NCBI GenBank assembly: GCA_029856155.1
Contig: JAHQWL010000023.1
Coordinates: 64,001 to 128,000 of the forward strand
Length of the DNA: 64,000 nt
Origin: Promethearchaeia archaeon
Lineage (GTDB): Archaea; Asgardarchaeota; Lokiarchaeia; Sigyniarchaeales; SOKP01
Direction of reading: 5' to 3'
In this document: piece after piece, positions 40,291 to 50,550 of the stretch
How the letters are laid out: the number at the start of each line of letters is the position of its first letter
How positions within the stretch are numbered: position 1 is the first letter of the stretch
Position numbers and translations under genes: made by a program
The notes under the pieces: generated by a model
The model's input: only the letters and a program-made list of their open reading frames with translations
What the model was told of the DNA's origin: nothing
The model's database searches: none

Positions 40291-40701
40291 TTGAGATTAA
40301 TTAAAAATAGAAAATTAATTAAATATATGGAAAAAAAATTAATTTTTATTCGTTTTACCTTCTGGTATGGTGCTATTCTTGATTTTTTGGTTTTCCTGGA
40401 TATGATTATTTCAATAATATTTGAATTTTCAGTTTCACTGAAGAATGTAAGCACAGATGTCTCTTATAATTATCAAACGGGAACGGGAGCATTTTTAATG
40501 TTAGGGTGGACAATTCTACTTATATGGGCTGATCGTAATCCAATCGAGCGGAAAGATGTTCTACTTCTTACAGCAATACCGGTTGTTATTGGTATTACCT
40601 TTATAAATATCCTGTATACTTACTTCTGGTTTCTTTCACTTATTACTCTCTTTATTTTCATAATTGCTTATTTATTAGCAAGATCAATTGATTCAAGGTA
40701 A
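40291..40701 (+). CDS. Hypothetical membrane protein
   Basis: About four hydrophobic segments; likely start ATG 40327. Confidence 0.65.
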   Translation: MRLIKNRKLIKYMEKKLIFIRFTFWYGAILDFLVFLDMIISIIFEFSVSLKNVSTDVSYNYQTGTGAFLMLGWTILLIWADRNPIERKDVLLLTAIPVVIGITFINILYTYFWFLSLITLFIFIIAYLLARSIDSR

Positions 40702-40847
40702 ATTAAGTATATTAATTAGAAAATTGCTTAATGAAATTAGATACAATAAATTTCATCAAATAAGTGTTTAATTAAATTTATATAATAACATCACATATTC
40801 ATTCTTAACATTCAATTTATCTTATAAATTAGAAGGTTGAATTAAAA

Positions 40848-41267
40848 ATGAGCGAAAAAAAAAAAGATTCAAATGAGTTATTAAACTTTTTGATGATAAT
40901 AATTGGACTTATTTTCGTTATTAAAGCAATCATGGAATTCTTAGCCTGGGCGGGTATTTATACACCAAGTTGGGCTGTTACCGATGCAGTACTTTCTGTT
41001 TTTGGGGGGCAAGCTATCATTTCAATGTTATTAGGATTCTGGTGTTTAGTCGCCGGTATTGGATTGTTTAGAGAAGAGGAATATGCATTGGGAATGGGAT
41101 TGGTTGTACTAAGCATAATGGCAGCATCGGGGATTATGACAATGATTGGATGGGTTGGAGGCTCTTTTGATGTAGCATATTGGCCCAATTATTTAATAAT
41201 TGTTGCTACAATCGTCGGTGTCTTAGGATTTTTATGGTTACTTTTTACTTACAAGAGATATGATTAA
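40848..41267 (+). CDS. Hypothetical 4-TM membrane protein
   Basis: Four hydrophobic segments; AGGT SD-like motif upstream. Confidence 0.7.
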   Translation: MSEKKKDSNELLNFLMIIIGLIFVIKAIMEFLAWAGIYTPSWAVTDAVLSVFGGQAIISMLLGFWCLVAGIGLFREEEYALGMGLVVLSIMAASGIMTMIGWVGGSFDVAYWPNYLIIVATIVGVLGFLWLLFTYKRYD

Positions 41268-41494
41268 ACTGACGATTTTTACCAATTTTTAATTATTAAT
41301 TCTTTTTTTTAATATTTCGTATTATTTTTTAAATTTTATCTTAATGAAAAAAAAAAATAAAATGTAATTTTAGTTTTTCATCTAATTTTTAACTTTATCT
41401 CAAAACAATATACAAAACCTTTTCTCAATAAATTAAAATTTCAAATCTCATTTTACATACCATCTTTGGAATAAAATAATGCAAGCTTAGGAAA

Positions 41495-42913
41495 ATGGCT
41501 AAGGGCATAAAAACAAATTCTAAAAAATCATTCAATAGGATATTTTGGCCCCTTTATATTTTAAATGGATTTCAAAGTGTAGCATATGGGGCAATGATTG
41601 TACTTGTGGTTCCCCTTGCTCTAATTATTTGGCCGAATGATCCAGCAGATATTCATGCGTTGGAAATGGGAATACTCTATACAACTTTATCTTGGAGTGG
41701 TTCTTTTGCGGGTCTACTTTTTGGTAGACTTATTGATAAATACTCTCGAAAAAAAATTATCATCATTATTTCTCTGTTCAGAGGAGTTTCAATGTTTTTT
41801 TTAGGATTTGCTGTTTATGGTGGTGAAGATAAGACATGGTGGTATTTTTTTACTTTCATTGCTCTTTTTGGCTTTTTTGCTGGAGGCTCATGGCCTGTTA
41901 TTAATTCATTATCTAATGATGTCGTCCCCCGAGCTTACCGCTCTCGGTTTTTTGGTGTATATCAAATTGTACTTAATACAACAAACATAATAGGTTGGTT
42001 AATAGCTACATTCCTTGTCCAAATTGGTCTTTGGAGGATTTTTTTTTGGGGTATTGGAATATTTATTCTTCTCGGAGGTTTAATTTTTGCACTCCACAAT
42101 GAAGAGCCTAAAAGAGGTGCTCAACAAGAAGAATTATATAATTTACTTCAAGATGATTCTATTGAGTATGATTTTCAGATAGATAAAAAAATGATGCGGA
42201 AAACTATGCTTAGCAGAACTAATATTGTAGCTCTTATTGAAGGAATTTTTACTTGCATTCTTATGAGTAGTCTCAATTTTTTAATTTTAAATTATGTTCA
42301 GAATCCCCCTTATAATTTAGCCCCATTTTCAATAGGAGTTTTTATGGTTTTTTTTGGATTAACAGGCGGATTGGTGGGACAAATATTTCTATCCAGAGTT
42401 AGTGACAAAATAGCTCTAAAAGACCCAGTAAGAAGATTACCAATTATAGTTATTGCTATAATAGGGGGTTTAATTACTTTCGCTCTTTTCTTTTTCTTTC
42501 CCTGGGTTCCATTAAGCCCAGAACAGGGTAAGAATATTGCCTATATTATGACAATACCTACTATGTGGCTGATGGGTGCGTTATTCTTCACCTCGAGAAG
42601 TATCTTTTCACTTTATATTGTGAATCAAAGCCCGGTAATACAACAGATCAACCTACCTGAAGCACAAGGTCAAATAGTTTCTTGGAACCAATTTTTAGAA
42701 CAATTTGGGCGCGGTATTGGCCCCTTATTATGCGGAATTATGTTAGCTTTTACAAGTACAAATTATCAAATAACAGTCTTAATTGTTTGTTTATGTATTC
42801 TGCCCGGAGTAATACTCTGGATTTTAGCAATGAAATGGTTTCCTATGGATAGAGAAAATATAAAAACTATTTTAGCTGATCGCGCAGAGATTCTAAACTC
42901 TAGAAAAAAGTAA
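41495..42913 (+). CDS. MFS transporter
   Basis: FGRLIDKYSRKK motif A, about 12 TM, RSRFFG. Confidence 0.9.
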   Translation: MAKGIKTNSKKSFNRIFWPLYILNGFQSVAYGAMIVLVVPLALIIWPNDPADIHALEMGILYTTLSWSGSFAGLLFGRLIDKYSRKKIIIIISLFRGVSMFFLGFAVYGGEDKTWWYFFTFIALFGFFAGGSWPVINSLSNDVVPRAYRSRFFGVYQIVLNTTNIIGWLIATFLVQIGLWRIFFWGIGIFILLGGLIFALHNEEPKRGAQQEELYNLLQDDSIEYDFQIDKKMMRKTMLSRTNIVALIEGIFTCILMSSLNFLILNYVQNPPYNLAPFSIGVFMVFFGLTGGLVGQIFLSRVSDKIALKDPVRRLPIIVIAIIGGLITFALFFFFPWVPLSPEQGKNIAYIMTIPTMWLMGALFFTSRSIFSLYIVNQSPVIQQINLPEAQGQIVSWNQFLEQFGRGIGPLLCGIMLAFTSTNYQITVLIVCLCILPGVILWILAMKWFPMDRENIKTILADRAEILNSRKK

Positions 42914-43136
42914 CATCTTCATTTTCGGTAAAAGAAGAAAGTTTATCGAGGCTCATACTAGAATTACTTTTATATGATTATATTCAAATATATTGAATTA
43001 GGATATATATATTTCTATAGAGCTTCTAATAAATAATTACCAAAGTCTTAAAAAACTTAAAATCAAATAATTCATAAAATAGAAAAAAATCTATTCAAAA
43101 TCTATTTGAATAGAAAAAAAAGAGCGAAAAAAAATA

Positions 43137-43913
43137 ATGATATCCTTTATTTTACTTGCAATTTTTGGTATTTGGGTATTAGTTAATCGCTTTAGCCAAG
43201 GCGGTAAAGTCGAAGGACATCCACTTGGTATGCCACGAGGAACTATTCGAGGTCTTAGCGCCTTACTACTGGTCGCGTTTCCATTTGGGTACATTTTAAG
43301 TGGTAAAGATATCCCTGGTTTGATAGTAAATGTGATATTTGTTGTTGTTGCATTCTACTTTGAGGCAAGAAGAAGTGAGCACGAAAAAATAAAATGTATT
43401 GTCGAAGAAATGGAAAGACCTGATTTATATATCCAAGATTCAAGAAAGGAGAAAATGCCTTTATACTTACCTAGATATTCTGTTAGATTTCTTTTAGTAT
43501 TAATTTTGATCATAACTCTACTTGCTATTTATTTTGGACGACAGGTTACCTTTGAAGCTACCAACACTATATTTGATCTATTAATAATAATCATATTGTT
43601 TATCATTGGTGCCTCTTTTAGGTCTATTGCAAATTCTAGAGAAAAGAAAAGAATGAAGAATCGAATTGCCAATATGGATGCTTCCCTCTCAGAAGTTGAA
43701 ATTATAGAAAAACTAATATTAGAAGAAATTAACTGGTGGAAACGAAAAGGAAGAAATATTCTCTCAGTTATCATGTTTATAATAGTAGTAATATCATTAA
43801 TTTGTTTTTCTTTTGAATGGGATTTAATAATATTTGACTTACGTGATTACTCTTTGACTCTAGTAGGGTTTTTATTATTACTTATCAACGCATATTATGG
43901 TTTCAGAGATTAA
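43137..43913 (+). CDS. Hypothetical membrane protein with internal repeat
   Basis: PLGMPRGTIR and PLYLPRYSVR each precede TM pairs. Confidence 0.65.
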   Translation: MISFILLAIFGIWVLVNRFSQGGKVEGHPLGMPRGTIRGLSALLLVAFPFGYILSGKDIPGLIVNVIFVVVAFYFEARRSEHEKIKCIVEEMERPDLYIQDSRKEKMPLYLPRYSVRFLLVLILIITLLAIYFGRQVTFEATNTIFDLLIIIILFIIGASFRSIANSREKKRMKNRIANMDASLSEVEIIEKLILEEINWWKRKGRNILSVIMFIIVVISLICFSFEWDLIIFDLRDYSLTLVGFLLLLINAYYGFRD

Positions 43914-43994
43914 CTATCTAATAATAACTTTTATTTTTTCTTATTTTGAGACTTAACATACTTAAAATTCAAGCAAAATAATTTAAGTTTATTA

Positions 43995-44528
43995 ATGGTA
44001 GAAAACTTAGGTATCCAAATGATAACTTTTGAAAAAGATGGCAAAGTTTTTGTTTACAGGGTTGCGGGGGTAGCTATTTATAATAATAAAGTACTTGTAC
44101 ATAGGAGTATCATTGATGATTTCTGGTCATTACCCGGAGGACGATGTGAAATTTTAGAACTTTCTAAAGATGCACTTATAAGAGAGATGAAAGAAGAAAT
44201 TGGTATAGAAATAAAGGTAATTAAGCCTCTTTATTTTGTAGAGAATTTCTTTTATTTTGAGGGTAATGATTTTCATGAAATATCTATTTTTTATCTCATG
44301 GAATTTCCTCCAGATTCCAAACAGGTTTTTGAAAATGATACTTTTTATGGAAGAGAAACTGAGATGGGGTTTGAAAGTGATAAACGCTATGGAAAAGAAC
44401 TTGAACTAATTTTTAAATGGGTTAATCTTAATCAGTTAGAGGAATTGAGATTGTATCCCTTATTTCTACGTAAATCACTGAAAAATATTAAACCATATCC
44501 AGAACATATAATAAATAGAGATGATTAG
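43995..44528 (+). CDS. NUDIX hydrolase
   Basis: WSLPGGRCEILELSKDALIREMKEEIG Nudix box. Confidence 0.92.
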   Translation: MVENLGIQMITFEKDGKVFVYRVAGVAIYNNKVLVHRSIIDDFWSLPGGRCEILELSKDALIREMKEEIGIEIKVIKPLYFVENFFYFEGNDFHEISIFYLMEFPPDSKQVFENDTFYGRETEMGFESDKRYGKELELIFKWVNLNQLEELRLYPLFLRKSLKNIKPYPEHIINRDD

Positions 44529-44603
44529 ATTAAAAAATATTTAACAATAGACTTACATACAATAAATTATTTGTAAATTAAATAATATTAAACTGAATAA
44601 AAT

Positions 44604-45734
44604 ATGGCTACTAAAAGTTTAAGTGAAGATTCTGACATTTATAGAAAATTACAGGAACATCTTGATCAAATGCCAATTGGATTCCCCGCTGTTAAATCGG
44701 GTGCAGATATACGTTTACTAAAACATCTTTTTACGCCCGATGAGGCAAAAATTGCTAGATTTTTAAGATTTGGATGGGATAGAGATTTAGAACCATTAGA
44801 TATTATTTTTGAGCGAGCAAAAGAAACTGGAATCGCCCTTAATGAGTTAGAAATGATCTTAGATAAGATGGTTTCAAATGGCTCAATAATGAGTAAAAAA
44901 GAGGGAGGAAAAAAATATTATGGAAATGCTCTTCTTGCGGTGGGTATGTTCGAATTTCAAGTTAATAACCTTACGAAGGAATTTATTAAAGATTTTGAAG
45001 ATTATTATGTCCAAGGATATTTACCAGAAGCATTTAAGGTGAAAGCTGCTCAAATACGTACGATTCCAGTTGAAAAAAGTATAGAACTCGAACATAATGT
45101 TAGTAATTATGACAATATTACTAAAGTTCTTGAATCATCAGAAGGTCCCTTCGCAATAATGAATTGTGTGTGCAGGCAACTAAAAGATATCTTAGGAGAT
45201 CCATGCAAAGTTACTGATAGAAGAGAAGTTTGTATGGCATCGGGTGTAATTGCTCAATTAACTATTGATCAAGGGAGGGGACGATCGATAACTAAAGAAG
45301 AAGCTTTCGAGATTTTGCAGAAAAACCAAGAAGAAGGACTTGTATTGCAACCAGACAATTCACAAACTTTTTCATTCCTTTGTAGTTGTTGTAGCTGCTG
45401 TTGTGAAAACCTATCGAAATATAAATTATTGCCTAATCCCGCTGACGTAGTAATAGCAAATTTTTATGCAGAAGTGGATTCAGATTTATGCACTGGTTGT
45501 GGGACATGTGTAGAGATATGTCCCATGAAAGCAATAAAGCTTAAAGATGATATTTCTTCAATAAAAAGAAAACGCTGTATAGGATGTGGAAATTGTGCTG
45601 CTAAATGTCCTTCAGAAGCTATTAGGATGCTAAAAAGGGAAAGACAATTTACCCCTTTTCCATCAATGGATGAATTATTTGATAAAATCATGCAAAGAAA
45701 AATCAATTTAAAAGAAAAAAGTATTAAAAGGTGA
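44604..45734 (+). CDS. 4Fe-4S ferredoxin-domain protein (tandem paralogue 1)
   Basis: CVCR, CSCCSCCC, CTGCGTCVEICP, CIGCGNCAAKCP. Confidence 0.88.
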   Translation: MATKSLSEDSDIYRKLQEHLDQMPIGFPAVKSGADIRLLKHLFTPDEAKIARFLRFGWDRDLEPLDIIFERAKETGIALNELEMILDKMVSNGSIMSKKEGGKKYYGNALLAVGMFEFQVNNLTKEFIKDFEDYYVQGYLPEAFKVKAAQIRTIPVEKSIELEHNVSNYDNITKVLESSEGPFAIMNCVCRQLKDILGDPCKVTDRREVCMASGVIAQLTIDQGRGRSITKEEAFEILQKNQEEGLVLQPDNSQTFSFLCSCCSCCCENLSKYKLLPNPADVVIANFYAEVDSDLCTGCGTCVEICPMKAIKLKDDISSIKRKRCIGCGNCAAKCPSEAIRMLKRERQFTPFPSMDELFDKIMQRKINLKEKSIKR

Positions 45735-45744
45735 GTTATAAATA

Positions 45745-46842
45745 TTGACTGAAGATGAGATTTATAGAAAATTGCAGGAACATCTTGATCAAATGCCAAT
45801 TGGATTCCCTCGCGCTGAATCTGGTTCAGATATCCGAGTTCTAAAACACCTTTTTACTCCTGAAGAAGCAAAAATCGCTACATTTTTAAAATTTGGATGG
45901 TATAGAGATATTGAGCCATTAGATCAAATTTATAAACGAATCAAAAATACAGGAATAACTTTAGAAGAATTAGAACAAATTTTAGATAACATGGCAAAAA
46001 AAGGGTCCATCATGTCTAAAAGAGAGGGAAAAAGGAAATTTTACGGCACCGCAGCATTAATTATCGGTATATATGAATTCCAAGTTAATAAACTTACAAA
46101 AGACTTTTTAAATGCCTTAAATGAATATATTGGTGAAATTTGGGGCGCAAAAGCTAACCCTACAAATTATGATCAGATGCGTATTATTCCAGTTGATATT
46201 AATGTTGTACCGGAAAACTTTATCACCCCTTTTGATAATGTAAAAAAAATTATAGAAGAAAGTCAAGGTCCTTTTGTAAAAGTTAATTGTGTCTGCCGTC
46301 AAGATATGGAAATCCAAGGTGATCCATGCAAAATGACTAATCATAAGGATAATTGCCTAGGAATTGGAGATATGGCTCAACAATATATTGATCATGGATG
46401 GGGTATTCAAATTAGTAGGGAAGAAACTCTTGACTTATTACACCAAAATCAAGAAGAGGGTCTGGTTTTTCGACCAAACAATGCTCAAAATATAGACTTT
46501 ATATGTAGTTGTTGCTATTGCTGCGATGGAGGAATAGGGAAATTAGCGAAATTACCTGATCCAGCTAATTATGTAATATCCAATTATTTTGCCGAAGTAG
46601 ATCCTGATTTATGCACTGGATGCGGCACATGTATAGACCGATGCCAGATGAAAGCAATTACCCAAACAGGTGATATCTCCTCAATAGAAAGAAAGAGATG
46701 TATCGGTTGCGGAAATTGTGTTGCTATATGTCCTTCTGAAGCTATAATACTCCAAAAAAAGGAAGAACAGTATATTCCTCTTCCAACTATGGATGATCTT
46801 TATGGCAAAATTCTAGAAGAAAAAACTAAACAAAAAAGTTAA
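45745..46842 (+). CDS. 4Fe-4S ferredoxin-domain protein (tandem paralogue 2)
   Basis: CVCR, CSCCYCC, CTGCGTCIDRCQ, CIGCGNCVAICP; colinear with paralogue 1. Confidence 0.88.
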   Translation: MTEDEIYRKLQEHLDQMPIGFPRAESGSDIRVLKHLFTPEEAKIATFLKFGWYRDIEPLDQIYKRIKNTGITLEELEQILDNMAKKGSIMSKREGKRKFYGTAALIIGIYEFQVNKLTKDFLNALNEYIGEIWGAKANPTNYDQMRIIPVDINVVPENFITPFDNVKKIIEESQGPFVKVNCVCRQDMEIQGDPCKMTNHKDNCLGIGDMAQQYIDHGWGIQISREETLDLLHQNQEEGLVFRPNNAQNIDFICSCCYCCDGGIGKLAKLPDPANYVISNYFAEVDPDLCTGCGTCIDRCQMKAITQTGDISSIERKRCIGCGNCVAICPSEAIILQKKEEQYIPLPTMDDLYGKILEEKTKQKS

Positions 46843-46874
46843 GAAATAAAGAATAAGTAAAGTTTTGGTTGATC

Positions 46875-48191
46875 TTATTCTAACTCTATTTGAAGGTATT
46901 TTTTTTGCAATTCTAACATTTCTTCCAAAATTTTTTTTGCCTGCCAAGTTGTTTCTATAATAGGGTTAGCAAGTAATGCTTGTAATGCAATATCTTTTGA
47001 TTTTGTAAGTATAGCTTCAACTATCAATTCTTGAACTGAAGCTTGTGTCCTTAAAAATGCTAAAAGACCTTTAGGGTATTCACCTAGCATTATACCGTGA
47101 ATCCCTTCTTTATTTATTATTGCTGGACATTCTACAATAAGATCACTGGGTAAATTAGTTATGATCCTATCATTTGGGACGTTCACCGAAGGCTCCTCAT
47201 AGTTAGCATCACATATAATCCCTTCAATAATAGGTATAGCGCTCTCATCATCAGGTTGCACAAATTTTGATCCTTTTCCTTTTTCTATGTGCTTCATCAA
47301 TCTTTTCGAATTCTTATTTAGAACTGCTTCATAGTTTCTAATAAATCTACGTACTGCAGAAATATCCGCTTTTTCCCATGCCCAATGAATATATTCCCCA
47401 TAATGTGAATCTGGTGTATATGGTAAATACCCATATGTTTCTAATATAAAAGAAATTAAATCATATCCATCATCGAGATAAGGACCATACTCTATAGATT
47501 TAAGTATTTTTGGGCCATTTTTCCGGATATCAGGGTATGCATCTTTACCTGTATCTTTATAATTGATATTTAGTATAATACCAAAATGATTAAATCCTCC
47601 TGCTTTAATTTCTAAATTTGAAATTGGTGTGTTAAGAATCTTATTAAGTATTGGGTAGAAATGCTGGAATTCATGACAAAGCCCAACAAATTTTAACGAA
47701 GGATATTTTCTTCTAATTGCTAGACAAATTATACTCATCGGATTAGAATAATTAATAATCAAAGCATTAGGGCAGATATTTCTAATATCTTCACAGATAT
47801 CTAATATTGGTGGTATTACTCTAAGTGAATGAAATAAACCCCCTGGACCGCCATTCTCTCCGGTAATTTGTTTATTACCAAATTGTTGAGGTACTCGATA
47901 ATCCATATCCAATAATTCAAATCTGGGAGGAACTTCAATAGAATTAATTATGAAATTAGCATTCTTTAATGCATCTTCTCGTTTTGTAGTAGATTCTAAA
48001 GTGAAATCTAAATTTTTTTCACATATGGCAGATTGGCATACTCCGTATGCTATATCAAGTTTTTTAGCATTAATATCATGCAAGGAAATTATAGAACCTT
48101 GTAAAATTTCACTATTCAATATAGATCCTACCGTTCCTAATCCAAATTGAAGTGATCCTGCTCCTATTATTACTATTTTCTGTTTTAACAC
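46875..48191 (-). CDS. Family 4 glycoside hydrolase (NAD-dependent alpha-glucosidase/galactosidase)
   Basis: IIGAGS, GENGGPGG, NYSNPM, GLCHE, GFNH, VECP. Confidence 0.9.
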   Translation of the reverse strand: MLKQKIVIIGAGSLQFGLGTVGSILNSEILQGSIISLHDINAKKLDIAYGVCQSAICEKNLDFTLESTTKREDALKNANFIINSIEVPPRFELLDMDYRVPQQFGNKQITGENGGPGGLFHSLRVIPPILDICEDIRNICPNALIINYSNPMSIICLAIRRKYPSLKFVGLCHEFQHFYPILNKILNTPISNLEIKAGGFNHFGIILNINYKDTGKDAYPDIRKNGPKILKSIEYGPYLDDGYDLISFILETYGYLPYTPDSHYGEYIHWAWEKADISAVRRFIRNYEAVLNKNSKRLMKHIEKGKGSKFVQPDDESAIPIIEGIICDANYEEPSVNVPNDRIITNLPSDLIVECPAIINKEGIHGIMLGEYPKGLLAFLRTQASVQELIVEAILTKSKDIALQALLANPIIETTWQAKKILEEMLELQKKYLQIELE

Positions 48192-48210
48192 TTTTTTATC
48201 GCTCTTTTAA

Positions 48211-49236
48211 TTAGAAATTAGTATCTTTTATTTTAAATAAATGGTCAAATTTGAAAAGTCTACATACCTTAGGTACTAATAAGGCAATTGTTAGAAGAAC
48301 AAGAAATGCAATACAACATAGAATTAGCTCTACTAAAAAATTTGGGCCAATATTAATCACTATGAAAGAAAATAATGAATTGCTAAATCCATGATATATA
48401 ATTGGAGCTGTTAGACTATTCGTTTTTTCATAAAGTGCACAACAAATTAACCCAAAAGGAAATGTGTTTATAACTCTCCATATTACATATGGTATATATA
48501 AATTTAACGTAAAATTAATACTGATTAGCCATGGAATATGAAAGATCATAAATCCAAAAGATGTAATAACCGCACTATGCCAAAAAGATTTTCCAGATTT
48601 TCTAAATTTCGTAAAAAAATACCCTCTAAAGAAAAGTTCTTCGCTAATACCAACTGCTATAAGTTGCCATGGAAAAGTGATGAATTGAGTAGTATCAAAT
48701 AATTCCAGACTTGAAAGAATAGTTGAGCCTTCAATAAATATAGGAATTAATATATTAAATACTGTCATTATTGAAATATCGATTAACGCGATTAAACAAC
48801 CAAGAATAATATTTTTTATAAGGTACTCTCTTTTTAATCCATATTCTGTTAACACAATACCCTCAAGAAGTACAATCTGAGTCACTATCAGATATAAAAG
48901 AGGTATTTTTTCAAAAGTTACCCCAAACTTCCAAATCATAAATTGTCTTGGAAACCAAATTATTGCTAAATAAGTTACAAACAATATCCAGGTGTTGTTA
49001 TAACTGATTTTAGAAGATAACTCAACTAAATCCTTTCTAGACTTAATGTATTTTAGCAGAATTACTAAAATTATAAATAAAATCAAGGAATAAACTATTG
49101 GCATTATATAAAATCTAGGATATTCAACAGATCCTTCAATCCATATATTAAAATCCAGTAGTAATATAAAAGCACAGAGTCCAATATAAAGAATAGAAGG
49201 TAAAATTCTAATTAGCTTGTCTCGTGGGAAAACCAT
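48211..49236 (-). CDS. CPBP (CAAX/Abi) intramembrane metalloprotease
   Basis: SEELFFRG, FMIFH, PIIYHGFSN. Confidence 0.88.
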   Translation of the reverse strand: MVFPRDKLIRILPSILYIGLCAFILLLDFNIWIEGSVEYPRFYIMPIVYSLILFIILVILLKYIKSRKDLVELSSKISYNNTWILFVTYLAIIWFPRQFMIWKFGVTFEKIPLLYLIVTQIVLLEGIVLTEYGLKREYLIKNIILGCLIALIDISIMTVFNILIPIFIEGSTILSSLELFDTTQFITFPWQLIAVGISEELFFRGYFFTKFRKSGKSFWHSAVITSFGFMIFHIPWLISINFTLNLYIPYVIWRVINTFPFGLICCALYEKTNSLTAPIIYHGFSNSLFSFIVINIGPNFLVELILCCIAFLVLLTIALLVPKVCRLFKFDHLFKIKDTNF

Positions 49237-49305
49237 TTTATACAGTCTATTATTTTTACTATAATATATTACAAATTTGGGATTTTTGAATATTTATAGT
49301 TATTT

Positions 49306-49674
49306 TTATTGATTTACTTGCATTTCTTTCCGAATAAAATGTCGTAAACTTTTACCTTTTATCCAATACCATTCAAATAACTCTTTAATCCAGTTTATAA
49401 ATACTTCATGATTATCAATTAAACATTGGCTATAATCAATTTCACCATCTTTACTTAAAAAGAGTATCGCTCCTTTATCAGAAACTATCAGTGAGATTTC
49501 AATTTCGTCCAAAATTCGAATATTCTCTAACATCTCTCTAAAAAATATTTTTGGATCTTTAAATAATTTTGACCAGCCATCAGGTATATTATAGGATTTT
49601 AATAGATTTTTGTTTACTAAAGCTCTTATCTTAATTGATTGGGCTCTCATTTTTTTCTCAGCTTCCTTCAACAA
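49306..49674 (-). pseudogene. Probable C-terminal fragment of an archaeal winged-helix regulator
   Basis: LIVSDKGAILFL...DGEIDY...WIKELFEWYW resembles a regulator effector domain; no HTH upstream. Confidence 0.5.
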
Positions 49675-49787
49675 TTTTTCTTTATATTTTTTTGTATTAT
49701 GTCAATTTAGACCCTAATAATAAATTCTGTCAATAAAATAACTCAATTTTAACATTATATTAAAGAAAGGGAGAATTATAATTTATT

Positions 49788-49925
49788 ATGCTGAAAAGAT
49801 GTTTTAATTGCGGAATGATTCGTTCAATAAAAGACTTAGTGTTATTAGAAGATGATAATTACATTTGCTTTTCTTGTTGGAATAATCTTATTAGAGATAA
49901 AAGCAAAAGTATTAAGGAGGAATGA
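49788..49925 (+). CDS. Small zinc-finger protein (45 aa), absent from the ORF track
   Basis: MLKRCFNCGMIRSIKDLVLLEDDNYICFSCWNNLIRDKSKSIKEE; two CxxC; AGGGAG upstream. Confidence 0.7.
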   Translation: MLKRCFNCGMIRSIKDLVLLEDDNYICFSCWNNLIRDKSKSIKEE

Positions 49926-49950
49926 ATCTTCTACAATTACTCATTAAAAT

Positions 49951-50172
49951 TCAGTCATAAGAAATAAGGAATGTGTACTTTTCAAGATTAAACTTTTTTA
50001 TTTTAATTTCGTCTTTTGGTTCCTTTCTGGGAACAAGAGGCATCTTGATTACGATTTTATAGTTATCTAAGTAAAAATTATTATAAAAAACACTCTCGAA
50101 TTTATCCCAATCAATAAACTTTTGTATTGAAATCTGATTATTTTTTATTGTTGGGAGTAATGACATAGCCAT
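49951..50172 (-). CDS. Small hypothetical protein
   Basis: 73-aa ORF with ATG start and no overlap. Confidence 0.45.
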   Translation of the reverse strand: MAMSLLPTIKNNQISIQKFIDWDKFESVFYNNFYLDNYKIVIKMPLVPRKEPKDEIKIKKFNLEKYTFLISYD

Positions 50173-50550
50173 TTTTCTAATTATTACAGATTTTTATTCA
50201 ATTTTAATTTAAGTATAATATATACATTATAAACCATTTAGAATGCTGAAATTGTTCTGAAATAACAAATAAAGGGTTATTTCTGAATGATCGCGTTAAT
50301 TGGTACCATCTATTATATAATAAATTGTATATTTAAATGTTTCTTTAATACTAATTAAAGCAAAATTAATCCCTTAACACTAGCTATGAACTTGTTATTA
50401 ATAAGACTTATATCTCCATTCGATCTTTTAATAAAAATAAATTTTAACTCGGATTTTTCAATATGAATGACAAAATAGTATAAATATGAAAACTTTTTTC
50501 GATAACTTTTTTAAATCTGATTCTATTAAAATTTAAAAGAAATCTAAAAG

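Noticed and set aside
45732-45747. Possible selenocysteine read-through of TGA joining the two Fe-S paralogues
   Set aside because: The second gene is in a different frame and the TGA falls at the natural end of the paralogue.
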